A stretch of DNA of 64,000 nucleotides, from assembly GCA_028023455.1 (NCBI GenBank), contig JAQFVV010000006.1, forward strand, positions 3,782,001 to 3,846,000. The letters run 5' to 3'. This DNA is from Epiperipatus broadwayi. Taxonomy: Eukaryota; Animalia; Onychophora. The notes beneath the pieces are model-generated. The model ran no database searches and was not told the origin of the DNA. It was given only the letters and a program-made list of their open reading frames with translations. The translations under genes and the position numbers were made by a program. This document shows, in pieces, positions 41,248 to 55,270 of this stretch (position 1 is the first letter of the stretch; every line of letters begins with the position of its first letter).

Positions 41248-41849
41248 ATATTGGATGAGTAGGCATTAGATAGGGATTTTATGCACAAGCCTTCTGGCAT
41301 CCATTGATTACTCTGTTTAGCACAGGTGGCAATACTGTATGGAGAGTTTTGCTCTGTTTATCAACAATTAATGTGCTAGTATAGGAAATGTGATCATGTG
41401 ATATAAACAAGAAATGAATTTATAGTATTTAAATTTCCCATAATTCTCATTTACATTCTAATTACTATATTTTTAACTTGTGTTGTGTTTGTGCTTCTCT
41501 GAACATAAGAAATCTGCCTCCACAGTGAAACCAATGGTTGTAAAAATTTTAGTTTTTAAATTTGGCCTAGTTGTTTACTTTGAATTTGGAGTAATTTATT
41601 TTCATTGCCCAGTTTCGCTTTTGATATTTTATATTTTTAGAAGATTCTGATATATAAATATATATAAGGGAATACCAAAATATAACCTGAATCATTCTAG
41701 TAGCTGCATTTGTTGTAGTACATGCTTCTATATTTAGATATCTCTTGCAGGGACCCTTCTGCATGAGTCCGCCAAATGACACCAATGTATGAAATCTTTG
41801 TGACATGTAGCACCTTTTTTTGTATAGTGTAATGGCTGAAAAGTTGAAA

Positions 41850-43228
41850 CAATACAAAATTCTGTTTTTCTGTAGAGAAAATGGCAGGGAAAACAGTTGT
41901 AATCCATCAAACAGCTTACAATCAAATTGCTCTGGGAAAAACACAAGTTTACGAATAGTTTAATGGAAGTGTCCATTAGAGTCATGCCTAGATGTAATTT
42001 TACTTGAGGCAGTAGAATAAAATCTCATCACAATGCATATGTTTTTTTCATTTCTAATAAGTATTAAGTAAAAATAAATAAATAAATGATTTGGGGAATA
42101 AAATAAATTTATTAATTATTAAATAAAATGCAGTAATAGTACAATAGTAGGAGGAACATAAAATTGCACATATTATTGATAAAATCACGCTAAGCATCGG
42201 TGGTTGGGAGATCAGCGATCGCTGATTTACAAGCAGTTGTCCTGGGATAGCAGGTTCACTTCCCGGCTAATGCTATGACACATGAGAATATATATATATA
42301 TATTTTTAAAAAAAGTCCTATACATGAGATGAATTAGAATATTACAAAATTTTCAGTAATTTAATAATACTAACAAAATAATATCAATGATACTATCGAA
42401 TGAGAGCCCAAGTGAGTACACAAGTCTAGACATATTTGTACCATTTCACTTATTAGGGTGATATCATATGACAAAACAAGTATATAGATTTAGGGCAGCT
42501 AACATGAAATATTAGTTTGCTTAAAGTATTGGCTAAACATTGTAAGATACATTTGTATTTTTATTTATTTTGCAATAGATTAATTTTAATTTTTGACCAA
42601 TTTGGTATCCTTTCCAATGTTTATCTGAGGTAAGTGCCTCATTTGCCTTACCGTTGCCCTGGCTCTGATGTTAAATTCACCACATTCCCATAAAGCACGG
42701 CAAGAAAAGTCCAATGACAAGATAATGCTCACTTTGTTTTTTGGATGCAAACCACATTGTTCATTCAGCAGTTCACTGATAATGGTCAATCATTTAAATG
42801 TACATGTAAAATTTTTGTGCAATGCAGTAAAAACAAAACACCCACTTTGTGGCAAAGTGAAAAGTGTAATATTAAACAAAACAATGCACACCTTGAGTGT
42901 GAAATAATTTTTAATTAAAATTAGTTCAATCTGGCTTATCTGTCAGCCATATTTGTTTTATCTCACTCCATGTGACTTCTTTTTATTTTCTTGAATAAAA
43001 AATGCCTAAAATTTTGTTTCTTTTGCAGAGTTAGAAGTAGTAAAGAAAAAAATAACAGGTATTAAAAGGCATCTTTTTGCAAAAGTTTTCAGATGTCTTG
43101 AAACATATTTAAACTGGCACATTGCATTAAATGGACAATACTTTGAAAAGAATTCAATTTGTAATACCTAATAATAAATACACAATTTTTATTACAAAAT
43201 TATTGTTTTTGGGGGTACCCCCTCATAT
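41850..43228 (+). mobile_element. Fragmented mariner element with later insertions
   Basis: N-terminal KFCF..KMAGKTVVIHQTAYNQIALGKTQVYE* (41850-41965); C-terminal LTPCDFFLF and F.KVF....NWHIALNGQYFE (42930-43150); TIR-like ggggtaccccctcata end. Confidence 0.75.
42188..42288 (+). mobile_element. tRNA-derived SINE (family S) nested in the mariner remnant
   Basis: ttacaagcagttgtcc...ggttcacttcccggc.aatgctatgacacatga. Confidence 0.8.
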
Positions 43229-44214
43229 GTGCATACATATTAAATAGAAGCATTTTTAGATATGTATGTAAATTTATAAAAGAACAAATGGTCATCTATT
43301 CTTAAATCTTACTATTAAATAAGCCAACATTTCTGGATTTACTATGATGTATATAATGCAAATTGAGGGATTATATTTTTGCAAACAGCTAGAAATAACA
43401 CTACATTTCAATTACTGGAAAACCATGAATTACTAATTGACAGTCCTGATGCTAAACAAGTTTTATCTAATAACTTGTTGTAGTTCTTTCATCCTGAACT
43501 TAATCAGAAAAATAATATTTGTTACATCTCAACTGAAGTTAACACTTTCCCATCAGCAAGTAATGTATTTATATTTATTCTTTCCTCCATATACTCTGAC
43601 AATAGTCATAATTGTTTTTAACTTGATCTCAAACTGCTAATTTTTACATTATTTTGCTGGTTTTATGCTTATTTTATCAGGAAAAACATGCTATGTGATG
43701 CTGTTCTTTTAAAATTATTTTACAACTAAAAAATCCATAATATTTAAATTTAAAGCTATAACAATGAGATAAGGCCTTCCTTCCAAGGTGATGATTGGTT
43801 GTTTGTCATCCTCTACAATAGGAAGCACTTGCCAACAATTTTGACAGGTTTAAGTTCTTTGTTTTGATTTTCAAAATAAAAATGTATGTTTTAGACTATT
43901 TTTTTTTACATATTTGTTATTATTTTCATAAAATATGAATGAAAATATAATTATTTTAGAAAAATAGTTCTAATTTTAGTAAAAGTTATTTGCTTTTACA
44001 TGAAAGTAAATTGAGGAAGAAATCAATGACCTAGGCAGAATTTTGTTATAGGTTATAAAAAGTATCTTTTATGTTGTCTGCTATAGATTATTTTTATCAA
44101 TTATAAATAGAAATTTATTTTTGAAAAAACTATCATTTACTTTAATAATCGGACAAATTATTAATTTGTTTTTCTACAGTACTGGTGTTTTCATACCTAC
44201 ACTCAAATATGTAA

Positions 44215-44520
44215 TATATAAGGGGTTTGAACTCAGACTTTCACATAACCCTCAACTATTCCCACTATTTCATACTGCTGACACACTTGATCACACACAT
44301 GAAAAAGGTAAATAATCACCAATATACATATTTTGTGCTAAACCAGCACTCATCAGTTGGTCCAGATTATCATCTCCATATGTATATGCAATCAATTCTC
44401 AGTCCTCATCTTCATACTTTAATGGACAGGTTTCAATCCACTTCATCCCACAATTCTTTAGACATCCCTTTCATTGAAAATCTGGTGATGGAATGCTCAA
44501 AGACCACATTAGCAAATGTT
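44215..44520 (-). mobile_element. Family B fragment; hammerhead B5 at 44319-44360 with G12>A
   Basis: Minus strand reads ccaa-CTGATGA-GTGCTG-gtt-TAGCAC-AAAA-tatgtat-a-ttgg. Confidence 0.75.
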
Positions 44521-47356
44521 TATTTTGCCAATGTAATTTTTTTTACCTTCCCTTCTATTCTCACTCAGTTATTACTGGAACAATGTGGACTTTAGTATTG
44601 TCCCAAGGAATGACCAATTAGATCCAGATAAAAATATAATAATAATAATTGCAAGCTACCATATTATACCAGATACTCAATCTATTCTGACACAGAGGGC
44701 GCCACCAGACCATTACGTGTCTGGAAAATTTGTTTACTGTGATCAGAATAGATGATGATGATGGTTTGTGCCGACTAGACCCAGGGAGAAACAAGAGATC
44801 TTAAATTGTTTAGACAATTGAGACAAAAGCACAAAGACAAACGTCAGCCAAATTAAGTTTAAACATATTTCATAAATTTTATTATGAGAAAATAAATTAT
44901 TAAATATAAGTTTATGATACGATAGATGGGGGTTAACTCAGGCGTGTACCAGACATACTAAAGGCAAAGCTATGACAGACTGACTGATCTTCTAATAAAC
45001 AAATTTAAAAGGGAGGAAGCAAATTTCATTCAGCAGAGGATTCACCTAAACATTGGTTTTCACCTTCAGATATTTAAACCATATGCCCCTGAAATAGATC
45101 AAAGAACCCAGTGCCGATGAGCTTTCCGAGATCTAAGCATGGTCAGATCTCAGATGTCCTTATATCGGTATGAACTGCACCAATTACTACATTTAAAATA
45201 ACGGCGATTGATCCACCCCAAGAGCAATCGAAAAATATCATTGAAATGAAGAAACAATTAAACTGGTGAATCCCAGCCAAACGATTGGCGAAAATTACTT
45301 TAAAATTAATAATTAATGGTCTCAATAAGAGACAAGTAAATGATTAGAAAAACAGTTGGTCTGCCCCAGCAATTAAAGAAAAGAAAATGAATTACAAACA
45401 AATTCTGAGTACATGCTCTGATAAATTTAAAGCATACGTAATAAATACAAAAATAAATCTATCAGAGAGTGCACATGAGTACAAGAATATTAAAAGTTGT
45501 AAACACTTTAGCAGAACGGAAGTATCGCTCACCTGTAATTTAAGAAAGGACAAATTTTATCTTCCTGCTGACGACTTATAAAATTACAAAGAAAAACACT
45601 ATTCTAATTTCCGCTTTTAGAGATCTTAGAAACGAAATCTCCACCTGCAAAAATCAGACAATAAAGTCGTCAGCCAAAAGATTTTTGGAGGTTTAGCAAG
45701 AGGGCAAACATAGAGTATAAAATTAATTAATTATTAAATACTAAATAATTACAGGTAAGCATTTTAAAAGCACGACTGCCAAAGCATTTATAAAAATCTT
45801 ACATAAAATAGAAAACACACTCGTCACTCTCCAATAAACAAAATGGAAAGCAAATTAGAATCTTAAAACTAAGATTCTAAGACACACTATAAAATATTGA
45901 AAAACACAGCAAATATTAAATATGAGGCTCTATTGATTTAAGAATACATATTTGTGGTTAGATTGAGCGGAGATTTAATGAGAACTAATTTACCCTGGGA
46001 AGAATAAAAATGAAAATAATTACCTTTCGGTAAAAGCAATGTTCACGGAGAGTGCGCACTTTTAATTAAGTTCATTTTCAGGTTCTTTAGGCAGCAAAGT
46101 AGATGTAGAGAGGTTCCGGATTCTTTTAGGTGTTCAAAGCATTACTGGAGCAAACTTGGAAGTCAGGGATCCGTCTTTTGTGGAGTTAGCAAGCCATTCA
46201 GGTGGTGATAACGAGTATAGAATTTGTCATTTTTGTCAGTGAAAGTCTCTAATAACAGCTGATGTCCTTTAATTAAGAAATTTAAATGTCCGTGCTGCTA
46301 TAACTTTCACGTGAGACAACCACTTGTCTATCTCTCAAAAATGGATTAACTGACACTCCAAATTTTCGGGGCTATTTATAGGATGCTCCATTTCCCACGA
46401 AACACTTTCCTTGTTGTTCAATTTCTTTGCCTTAGGCAGGGCAAATATTAATCTCCCGCTCAATCTATCTAGGAATTCTACCCAGGGTTTATTGAAATGA
46501 AAACAACAACATAAAAATCAAATCTCCGCTACCAAAATTGTTTACAATAATTAAAATAAAAGCAACAGGAATGCAATTAGCTAGCCAGCTTGTTTTTAAA
46601 TCAAATGGATTAAAAAACAGGTGGTATATGAAAACTATTTTAAAATAAATCGATAAATATTTTTAAAAAATCTGTTTTACATATAAATGCGTGTATACTT
46701 GGATACACGCATTCTGTTTAAATAATAATGAAATTTAAACCTTACATTTAATGAAACTTAAAAGCTTAGTAAATTTCTTTTTTTCGATAACGCAATTGAA
46801 TCGGATTTCAATTAGGTTCAATATATTCAATAAAACTTAAAATGTATTTATCTCTACTATCCATTTAAACATTAATTTGGCATAGTTAATCTTTACAGGT
46901 AAGATAATAACCTACTACTCAGAACATTTGAATGAGGAATAGATACTGAGGTACCAAAATTACTTGGATGATGTCGAATGGCATATATCTGAAAAATTGA
47001 TGAATGCACACACATATTTATGAGTGTGTACATTTTTTAAATATTTTGATATGTGAATATTTATAATAATATGAAATGCAAAAACTTTCATTTTAATCTT
47101 TTATTTTACTAGAAAGCTCAGATTATTACTAAAACTCTTTAAATTCCAATATTATTTCCAATTATTACGTCCAGCCCGAACATAATTTCAGATCTGATCA
47201 CTAACAATATTATTTATAAATATGCCTGTGCAGAAATGGAGATTATTTTTTTTATTTTGAATCATTCAATTGTGAAGTATATTTGATATCTTTATACAAT
47301 ATTTTTTTAAGTGAACTTTAAAACAATTCTATACTTATAAAAAGTAAGTAAGTGGT

Positions 47357-47408
47357 TGGATAGATGAATATATATATATATATATATATTCATCTATCCA
47401 TGACCATT

Positions 47409-47445
<37 letters not shown>

Positions 47446-47455
47446 GGTCATGGTG
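47357..47455. repeat. Two adjacent (TA)n-centred palindromes
   Basis: ggatagatgaa-(TA)n-ttcatctatcc and ccatgaccatta.aa-(TA)n-tt.taatggtcatgg. Confidence 0.85.
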
Positions 47456-49384
47456 TGGGTGATCAAAGAGTCTTACCATATCTGCACTACAGGGCACCAC
47501 TAGGACATTGGAACCTAGAAAATTTATAGAGTAGGCAGATATGCGCTGTTAAAAATCCAACTTTTCTTTTATTGACCGTTTGCCCTTGCCACTAGCTCAA
47601 GGAGATGCAGAAACTTAATATAACTTAAAATATATTACTATTTAATAAAATAAGCCACTGCCAGTAATAACACACACAAAAAAATTTATTAACAAACATA
47701 TATAATATATTTAAAATTGAGGAATAAAATTTATATTTAGATTTTAACACATTTAAATTTAAATTACTATTTTAAATAGATCGCACAGATAGACATTTTA
47801 ATAATATTTTACTTTAGCATGTTGGATATAGATAGGCTACATAGAGTCCACAGTTAATAACCTTTCAAAACAAATTATTCAATCTCAGACTAAAGGTTCG
47901 CAGCCAAACCAACGCCTGCTTCCAGATATATAGTCACAGCCAATGTAATATAAAGATGCTAGCATAAAATCATGCCGACAGGAATGTGCATCTGACAGTA
48001 TGATATTATTTGAAGGACATGATCCTCATCCAGTACAGGAATGGGCATCTGTCTGGTGAAGCAATCATGTATATAAATTAATTAAAGAGTGCTACGTATG
48101 GGGAAGAGCGGTCTTTCTGCCGACTTATAAATCCCTGTCCATAGAGCTAGAAGGGGTTAATGGTGCAGAAAATACATCTGCAACCATTGCAACAATATGA
48201 CTGCCTCTTTGGGGTCATGCATTCAGTTGGGCATGTTGCCCTGTATGCTAAACACGCTCCACATTACATTGATATAAACACCCACATATCCCTCCACAAG
48301 CATCGTCCTAACTACAAAACAAATAGCCTGAAATTAACCCTTTAAAATAAATGAATTTAAACATAGTTATTAATTTTTATCCATGCAGCTATCTACACCC
48401 AACTTTAATTTGATACATTTTTAATTAACACTTAACACACAAAAAAGAGAGAAATGGAAATGATTGCTTAAACATATGCATACAAAATATTAATAATTGA
48501 TTTTAAAATTCTTTAGGTCAGATCATATTTCTTATTTTCAGCTATAAATTGCAAATTTTGGAAAAGTTCCTATTAGATAAACACAAGAGTTCATACTTTA
48601 TGGATTGAGCAGATTTAGAGGTCCATCTTCATGATCACTTTTGTAGATTGTTTGTCCTTCTTAGAAATGAAACCGCTACTTGCCATGCATTTGGTCAGGA
48701 ACTGTCATCCAGAGGCCTCACCTGTTGTCCAGAAAATTAAATTTATTGCAGACTTCCACATCATGAAAATCTGCAATATAGCTAGTTATAATGGTATATT
48801 CATACTCAGCTCTAAGATAACAATTATAATAATTATTTGCCCTTTATATTTTTATTAGCCTTTTATCATCAAATGTTCAGATTCAATGAGCAAGACGTCA
48901 CTAATCCTCATGTTTCATTTACGGTCCGTGCTGTCATTTCATGCTTGCATTGGTCATTTAATTTCTTTTTATTCTCTTATCTGACCATTTAATTATTCGA
49001 GTGTCCCAAGGGCTAGTGTGCTTTAGAACAATCATTTAATTAATAAAACAATCATTTCCATTTTCTAAAATTATAGAAATCAACACTATTTCTATTTTCA
49101 AAAATATTAAATCTTTGTATTATTTTTTATTTTTTTTTTTACAAAAAAAATACTTTCAAATGCTTTTATTTTTAAAAGTTTTTAAAGTTACCCATCTGTG
49201 CGATATATATATATTAAACAGCGTTTAATTTTCAGTTTTTAAGTTGTTGTTTTTTCTTTTTAATAAATCAATTTTTATTTACCATCTTTTTATTTTCTTT
49301 TTAAAATAATGTAACAGCATTTTATATACCATTACAATATATATATATAACATTTAAATATGTGTATATTGGTATACTAAACGT

Positions 49385-50570
49385 GATATAATTAGAAGGG
49401 ATTTGAACCCAGACTTTCAATCTCCCTACAACTATCCAATCCATCTTATACAACTGATACCCGTGACTACATACATGTAAAAAATATAAATGATCTCCAA
49501 CATATGTATTTCATGCTGAACCAGCACTCATCAGTTGGTCCAGATCACCATCTCCCACACATGTATACAAACAATGCTCTATTTATACTAAAATAGCAAA
49601 TTTTCAAACTTTAATGGACAAGCTTCAATCTTCTCGACTCTCCAACTCATCAGATATCCATGTTTTTTTATAATTACATTAAGTTTAGTATAGACAATAT
49701 ATATGTATTTAAATATTATATATTCAGCCTATATTCTGCCCATATCTCTTCTGTATATTTAAATACACATATGTGAGTGGTTAGAGTAACTTGGGGTCAA
49801 CATGTGTATGACACTAATAATGGCATCAACAAGGACTTTAAGCATTCCATCATCAGATTTTCAATGATATGAATGACTGAAGAGTTGGAGGGTGGAGAAG
49901 ATTGAAGCCTCACCATTAAACTTGGAAGATTTGCTATCTTAAATATAAATTGATCATGTATGTGTGTGGAAGATGGTGATATGGGCCAACTGATGAGTGC
50001 TGGTTCAGCATGAAATACATATCTTGGAGATCATTTATCTTTTTCACATGTATGTAGTCATGGGTATCAGTTGTATAAGATTGATTGGATAGTTGTGGCG
50101 AGATTGAAAATCCTTTCTAATTACATTAAGTTTAATATAGACATTATACATGTATTTAAATATTACATATTCAGCCTTTATTTTGCCTACCCCCCCCTCT
50201 TCTGCACATTTAAGTGGACAACTTGAGGTCAGTATGACAATAATATAGGCATAAACAAGGGCTTTGAGCATTCATCCTCAGATTTTCAATGATATGGATA
50301 ACTGAAAATTTGGGGGGTGGAGAAGATTAAAGCTTGTCCATTAAAGTTTGAAGATTAGCTATCTTAATATAAACTAAGCACTGGTTGTATATATGTGTGA
50401 GAGATAATAATCTGGATCAACTGATGAGTGCTAATTCGGTAGAAAGACATATATTGGAGATAATTTATCTTTTTTATATGTATGTAGTCATGTGTATCAG
50501 TTGTATAAGATGGATCGGATAGTAGTAGTGAGGTTGAAAGTCTGAGTTAAAGTCACTTCTAATGTATATA
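49385..50570. mobile_element. Family B cluster: one inverted partial copy plus two tandem units, with three hammerheads
   Basis: B6 minus 49497-49538, B7 plus 49986-50027 and B8 plus 50417-50457; 430 nt between the B7 and B8 cleavage positions. Confidence 0.88.
49986..50027 (+). ncRNA. Hammerhead B7, best-preserved family B copy
   Basis: ccaa-CTGATGA-GTGCTG-gtt-CAGCAT-GAAA-tacatAUC-ttgg; stem I ccaa/ttgg. Confidence 0.82.
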
Positions 50571-50584
50571 CAGTAGACATAGAT

Positions 50585-50970
<386 letters not shown>

Positions 50971-51567
50971 GCAGAAAATTATAGTAGATAAAACATATTT
51001 GGTCAAATATACAGTACTATCAATCAATACATCTGTATGTGATTGTATTGAAAATAACGAATGGCACATATTCAAAGTTTGTTGATGAAATGTTACCTCA
51101 ACGGGTGTTCATTGTCCCTACACTGTGGTCTACAATGTGATCAATTGCTAACTTTACACATAAATATCTATATACCAATCGATTTATCTACCTATAAATC
51201 AATCTACACATATTTTTATCTATCCATTTTGTCATTCTCTATTTGGATCTCATATATTACATATATCTAAGATTTTTTTGATAGAGCACAATCTAAAGAA
51301 ATTATTAGACATCACTGTCTATGTATTATATATTTACATGTATATATGAGATCTACTTATTTGTTTGTATATATAGATATATGTGTGTTTGCATCATTGT
51401 TTATGATTATTATATCTGTAAATTATAGGTTAATGGGGAAACTTGTTTAGCCTTGGGAATTGTCAATTACTAGTAATTGATAATTTCTTAGTAACATCAA
51501 GGGTTAAAAATGATCTCTGTTTACATGGATATTATCTCATTTCTATTCTTTATTATTTACATATAAG

Positions 51568-51765
51568 TATATACTTCTGGATTCCAAGAGATTGTAAAAG
51601 ACCTAGAAAGCGACCACATGTGAGATGGATGGATGAAATAAGGAAATGTGCTGGGGTAATCTGGAGAAGAGAACCTAGAAATTGGAGATGTATTAAAAAT
51701 AGAAAGACCTTCATTTTGCAGTGGATTGATAATGGTTGACAATGATGAGGATGATAATGATGATT
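51568..51765 (+). mobile_element. RTE 3' fragment
   Basis: WIPRDCKRPRKRPHVRWMDEIRKCAGVIW; degenerate GAT tail. Confidence 0.85.
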
Positions 51766-53289
51766 TCATATAATAAAGTTTATTCATAATTGAAAGGTGC
51801 ACTAGAAAAATCCAGTTCCAGCTAATTTCATGACACATTCATTGATCACACGGTTTAGAAGTTTGGACTTGAAACAACTCTTTCCACATTCTTAATACAG
51901 ACTTTTTTGAAAAATAAATATACAAATGATTTTATTATAAATATGGATTAGTTTTTAAAGGTTGGAATTTATGCAATTATTATTTCATAAATTAAAACTT
52001 TTTAATTCCCTAAAGCCATTTGGATCTCAATATATATTAATTTTTTATATATAGTGTACTCATCTTTTTAACAGGACACAAAGTCAACGTTGTTTGAGTG
52101 TCAAAACTCAGAATTAAATAATGACGCTTCCAACATATTAGTCTCAAGTGAGGTCCCAGTAGATGAGATATTTCTCTACGGTCATTAGTCAGTTTTTAGA
52201 AGCTAAATATTTGTACAATGTGGTTCAACAAAACTCGAAAATATTTATGTTTCCCGCTGACTTGGGGATAAAATGTTCAATTACTCGTCGTTTAATTCCT
52301 GTTATATGAATAAAAATTACTATTATCTGTAAATAAATGTTTTAATAAAAGAAGTTGTCGCTATTGGATCATCTCGCTAACTTTTACGGTCAGGAAAACC
52401 AAAAGTAACGATAATGTCGTTTAAAAATATTGAATAAATAAAATAATAAAGGGTTAATAGTTATAGATGAAGTGCATACTTTCAGTAAAGTGCTAATTGC
52501 ATTTATTTTGTTGTTTACTTTCTTCAAAGATTTTAATTAGTTTATATTACTGAATATAGTTAATGCTTCTAATTAGTAACATTAGCTTAATTAAGTCATC
52601 AATTAATAAATAGCGACTGATATTTAAATGAAGGTAATGTTATTCACACACACACACCCTATCCCCATTTACTACACGCTGGCAAAAACTTAACGGAGTC
52701 TTGTTGACATTTTAATTCTTCTTAGAAATGTTGTTTACTTTATAAAGTGTTTTACTGCGAGCTTTTTACGAAAGAGTTTTTTCTTTTGACGATTTCTTAA
52801 GATGCTCCTTCTAAATTTTAAACTGCTTTAGCACGCAGCGACACGTAGTATCAATATTTGAAACTATAAACATCAATAATCTTTAAAGTTATTCTTGCTG
52901 ATATTATCATATCATTTTCAATATTAATGACGATATTTTTTTCTTAGTAATGAAGAATGCTGATATTATAATTTATTTAAATAAGATAATCTAAATTAAA
53001 TGATGATTATGTTGTGAAATACATTAAAGATATCAGTTCAGGATAATTCATTGTGATGGAATAAATTTTTCGATGCTTTCAAATTGTCTTCGCTTGTAAG
53101 ATATTTTTAAATATTTTTTTTTTTGCTATCAAGTTGTAATATATATAGCAATTTAAACAAAAATAAGATGGGGAAAATGTAAATTAATCTGCAAGCTTTT
53201 TAACTTCATATTTAATTTGATTATTTCGGTATTAAGTATAAAAATTCTTATGCCTGTACAGTGTATTAAATTACATATTTAAACATAGT

Positions 53290-53710
53290 GCGTTAAAGAT
53301 CTACCCACCCCTCGCTTATGTATGTAAATGGATTATTCTCCAGTACATGAGGGTTCAGAATGACTAACGGTCAACATGGGTAGAATGACAACCTTGGCAC
53401 TAACATGACCTTTGAACGTTCCATCATCAGATTTTCAATGTAATGGATGGCTGAAGAGTTGTGGGTTGGAATAGTTTGAAGCCTGTCCATTAAAGTATGA
53501 AGATTGGCTATCTTAATATAAAGCTGAGCATTGCTTGTATATATATATGTGGAGATAGTAATCTGGGCCAACTGATGATTGCTGGTTTAGCATGAAATAC
53601 GGCTATTGGTGATTATTTATCTTTTCAACATGTGTGTGATCAGGTGGGTCAGCAATATGAGATGGCTTGGAGAGTTGAGGGTCGAGTGACAGTCTGAGTT
53701 CGAATTCTAT
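53290..53710 (+). mobile_element. Family B unit; hammerhead B9 at 53568-53609
   Basis: ccaa-CTGATGA-ttgctg-gtt-tagcat-GAAA-tacggct-a-ttgg. Confidence 0.8.
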
Positions 53711-53732
53711 ATATTATATTTGGATTTAAAAA

Positions 53733-54075
53733 TTTTGACATCAACTATGTCAGATAATACATTAATGATTATCACTAATCATTTATTAAACTAAAGATTA
53801 TATCTAGCTCAGATATAAACTTTAAATCTCAGTTAATACATATATATATATTAATTATATATAAACACACTCCACGTATTCTTAAAACACCTACATGGAA
53901 AAAGATAAATAGACTTGAGTATTATATTTGTGTGTGTGTATTTTTAAAAATAAATACATATTAATCTTTAAATAAAATTTACAATTTATATCTCTGCTAG
54001 GGATTATCTCTAGTTGATTGAATGATAAATGATAATCATTAACGTATTTATCTATAGTGATAGATATCAAAGTTG
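53733..54075. repeat. Inverted pair of repeat G
   Basis: Homologous to 17657-17957. Confidence 0.65.
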
Positions 54076-54489
54076 TGAAGGTAGAAAAATTGATACTTAT
54101 AATAAATACTGAACAAATGACTACATATGTAAGAGAAGACTGTGATCGAGGATAAATTCTGAATGCTAGTTCATGCCTATCATGGGCCTCATTTAACTTT
54201 CTGAGATATCTTTATTCACGTGTCAAGAATAGTTGGTCAATACATATGAAAATGAGATGTTGTGGTTAAGAATTCAATGGGATCAAAAAATGTCCTTATT
54301 TTTTATTTTGTCCACATCATTTTTGGTGTCAATATATATTTTTTTAATTATTGTAAATCTATATTTGTTGATATTTATTCAAAGGATTAAGGCATCTCAT
54401 CTAAAGAGCCTATTAAAAGTATGCCAAGGAGCTTAGAAACAGCAATATTTTGTTTTAGATGATACATGAGTATCATCACTTGTCTAGTT

Positions 54490-55270
54490 ATAGCTTGCAT
54501 TTAGATCATCACATGATCAGCATTTCCTATGCTTACACAAGCTATTAAAACAGGAGCAAATTCTCTGTACAATCGTGCAAGTCAGGGCAAGACTTAGTAA
54601 TCAATGGATGCAATAATGTTTGTGCATAAAATCTCTATGTAACGCTACTCACCCAGTAGCCCTAGATTAGTTTCTAGCGTGTAACTTTCCTCAGTGAGAA
54701 GCCTTGGATAATGGTGACTGTTATGGTTTTAAAAAACCAAAGTCACTAAAATGTATAGATACAAAACTGGGTTTAGATTTGTATGACAATACAAGACATT
54801 CACAGAGGCAAAATCCTCCATATTGTAGCACCACTCAGTGCAAACCAGAGTAATCAATGGATGCAGGAAAATTAGTGCATGAAATCCTTATCTAGTGCCT
54901 ACTCATCCAACATCACCAGACTAGTTTCTAGCTTGTGGAGAGTTTTGCCTCTGTGAAAAACAGATTGTGTAAGCCTAAAAAATGGTGATCATTTGATGTT
55001 TGATGGTTTAATTGAAAACATAAATGTATTTTCATCTTAGGTTCATAACTTTATAGTTAATCAAATAAATAAAAGTCAGCTGTTGGAGGGTTGCATTAGA
55101 TCTTAAGATCAAGGTGCAGCACTCTCTTATTTAAGGTACCTCACAGATGAAAGCAACAAGTTGAATACTATTCTGGGGATAAATAGGGATTTTATGTAAA
55201 AACTTTCTTGCATCCATTAATTACTAAGGCTTGCACTAGGAGGCACTACAGTATGGAGAGTTTGCTACTA
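54490..55270. mobile_element. Older family C cluster (two minus copies, one plus copy) with degenerate hammerheads
   Basis: Minus core at 54660-54698 (CTGAGGA...GAAA ctaaTC), partial copy near 54915, plus remnant at 55138-55178. Confidence 0.75.

Larger units (their letters stand above)
40526..41401. mobile_element. Young family C element: partial tandem plus inverted copy (PLE pseudo-LTR architecture) with three hammerheads
   Basis: Direct repeat 40526-40728 / 40982-41188 (456-bp period) and inverted arms 40939-41153 / 41187-41401, nearly identical. Confidence 0.92.

Noticed and set aside
44227-44595. Recurrent frame NQHSSVGPDYHLH...LHTLMDR in family B copies
   Set aside because: It is antisense to the ribozyme and broken by stops and indels in other copies, and I recognise no protein motif; repeat homology explains it.
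48150-48342. piggyBac-like ends (ggggttaa, ttaaccct)
   Set aside because: They face outward from each other and have no matching TIRs.
48720-48778. Possible minus-strand exon (AG...GTGAGG, DFHDVEVCNKFNFLDN)
   Set aside because: Short, with no recognisable product or partner exons.
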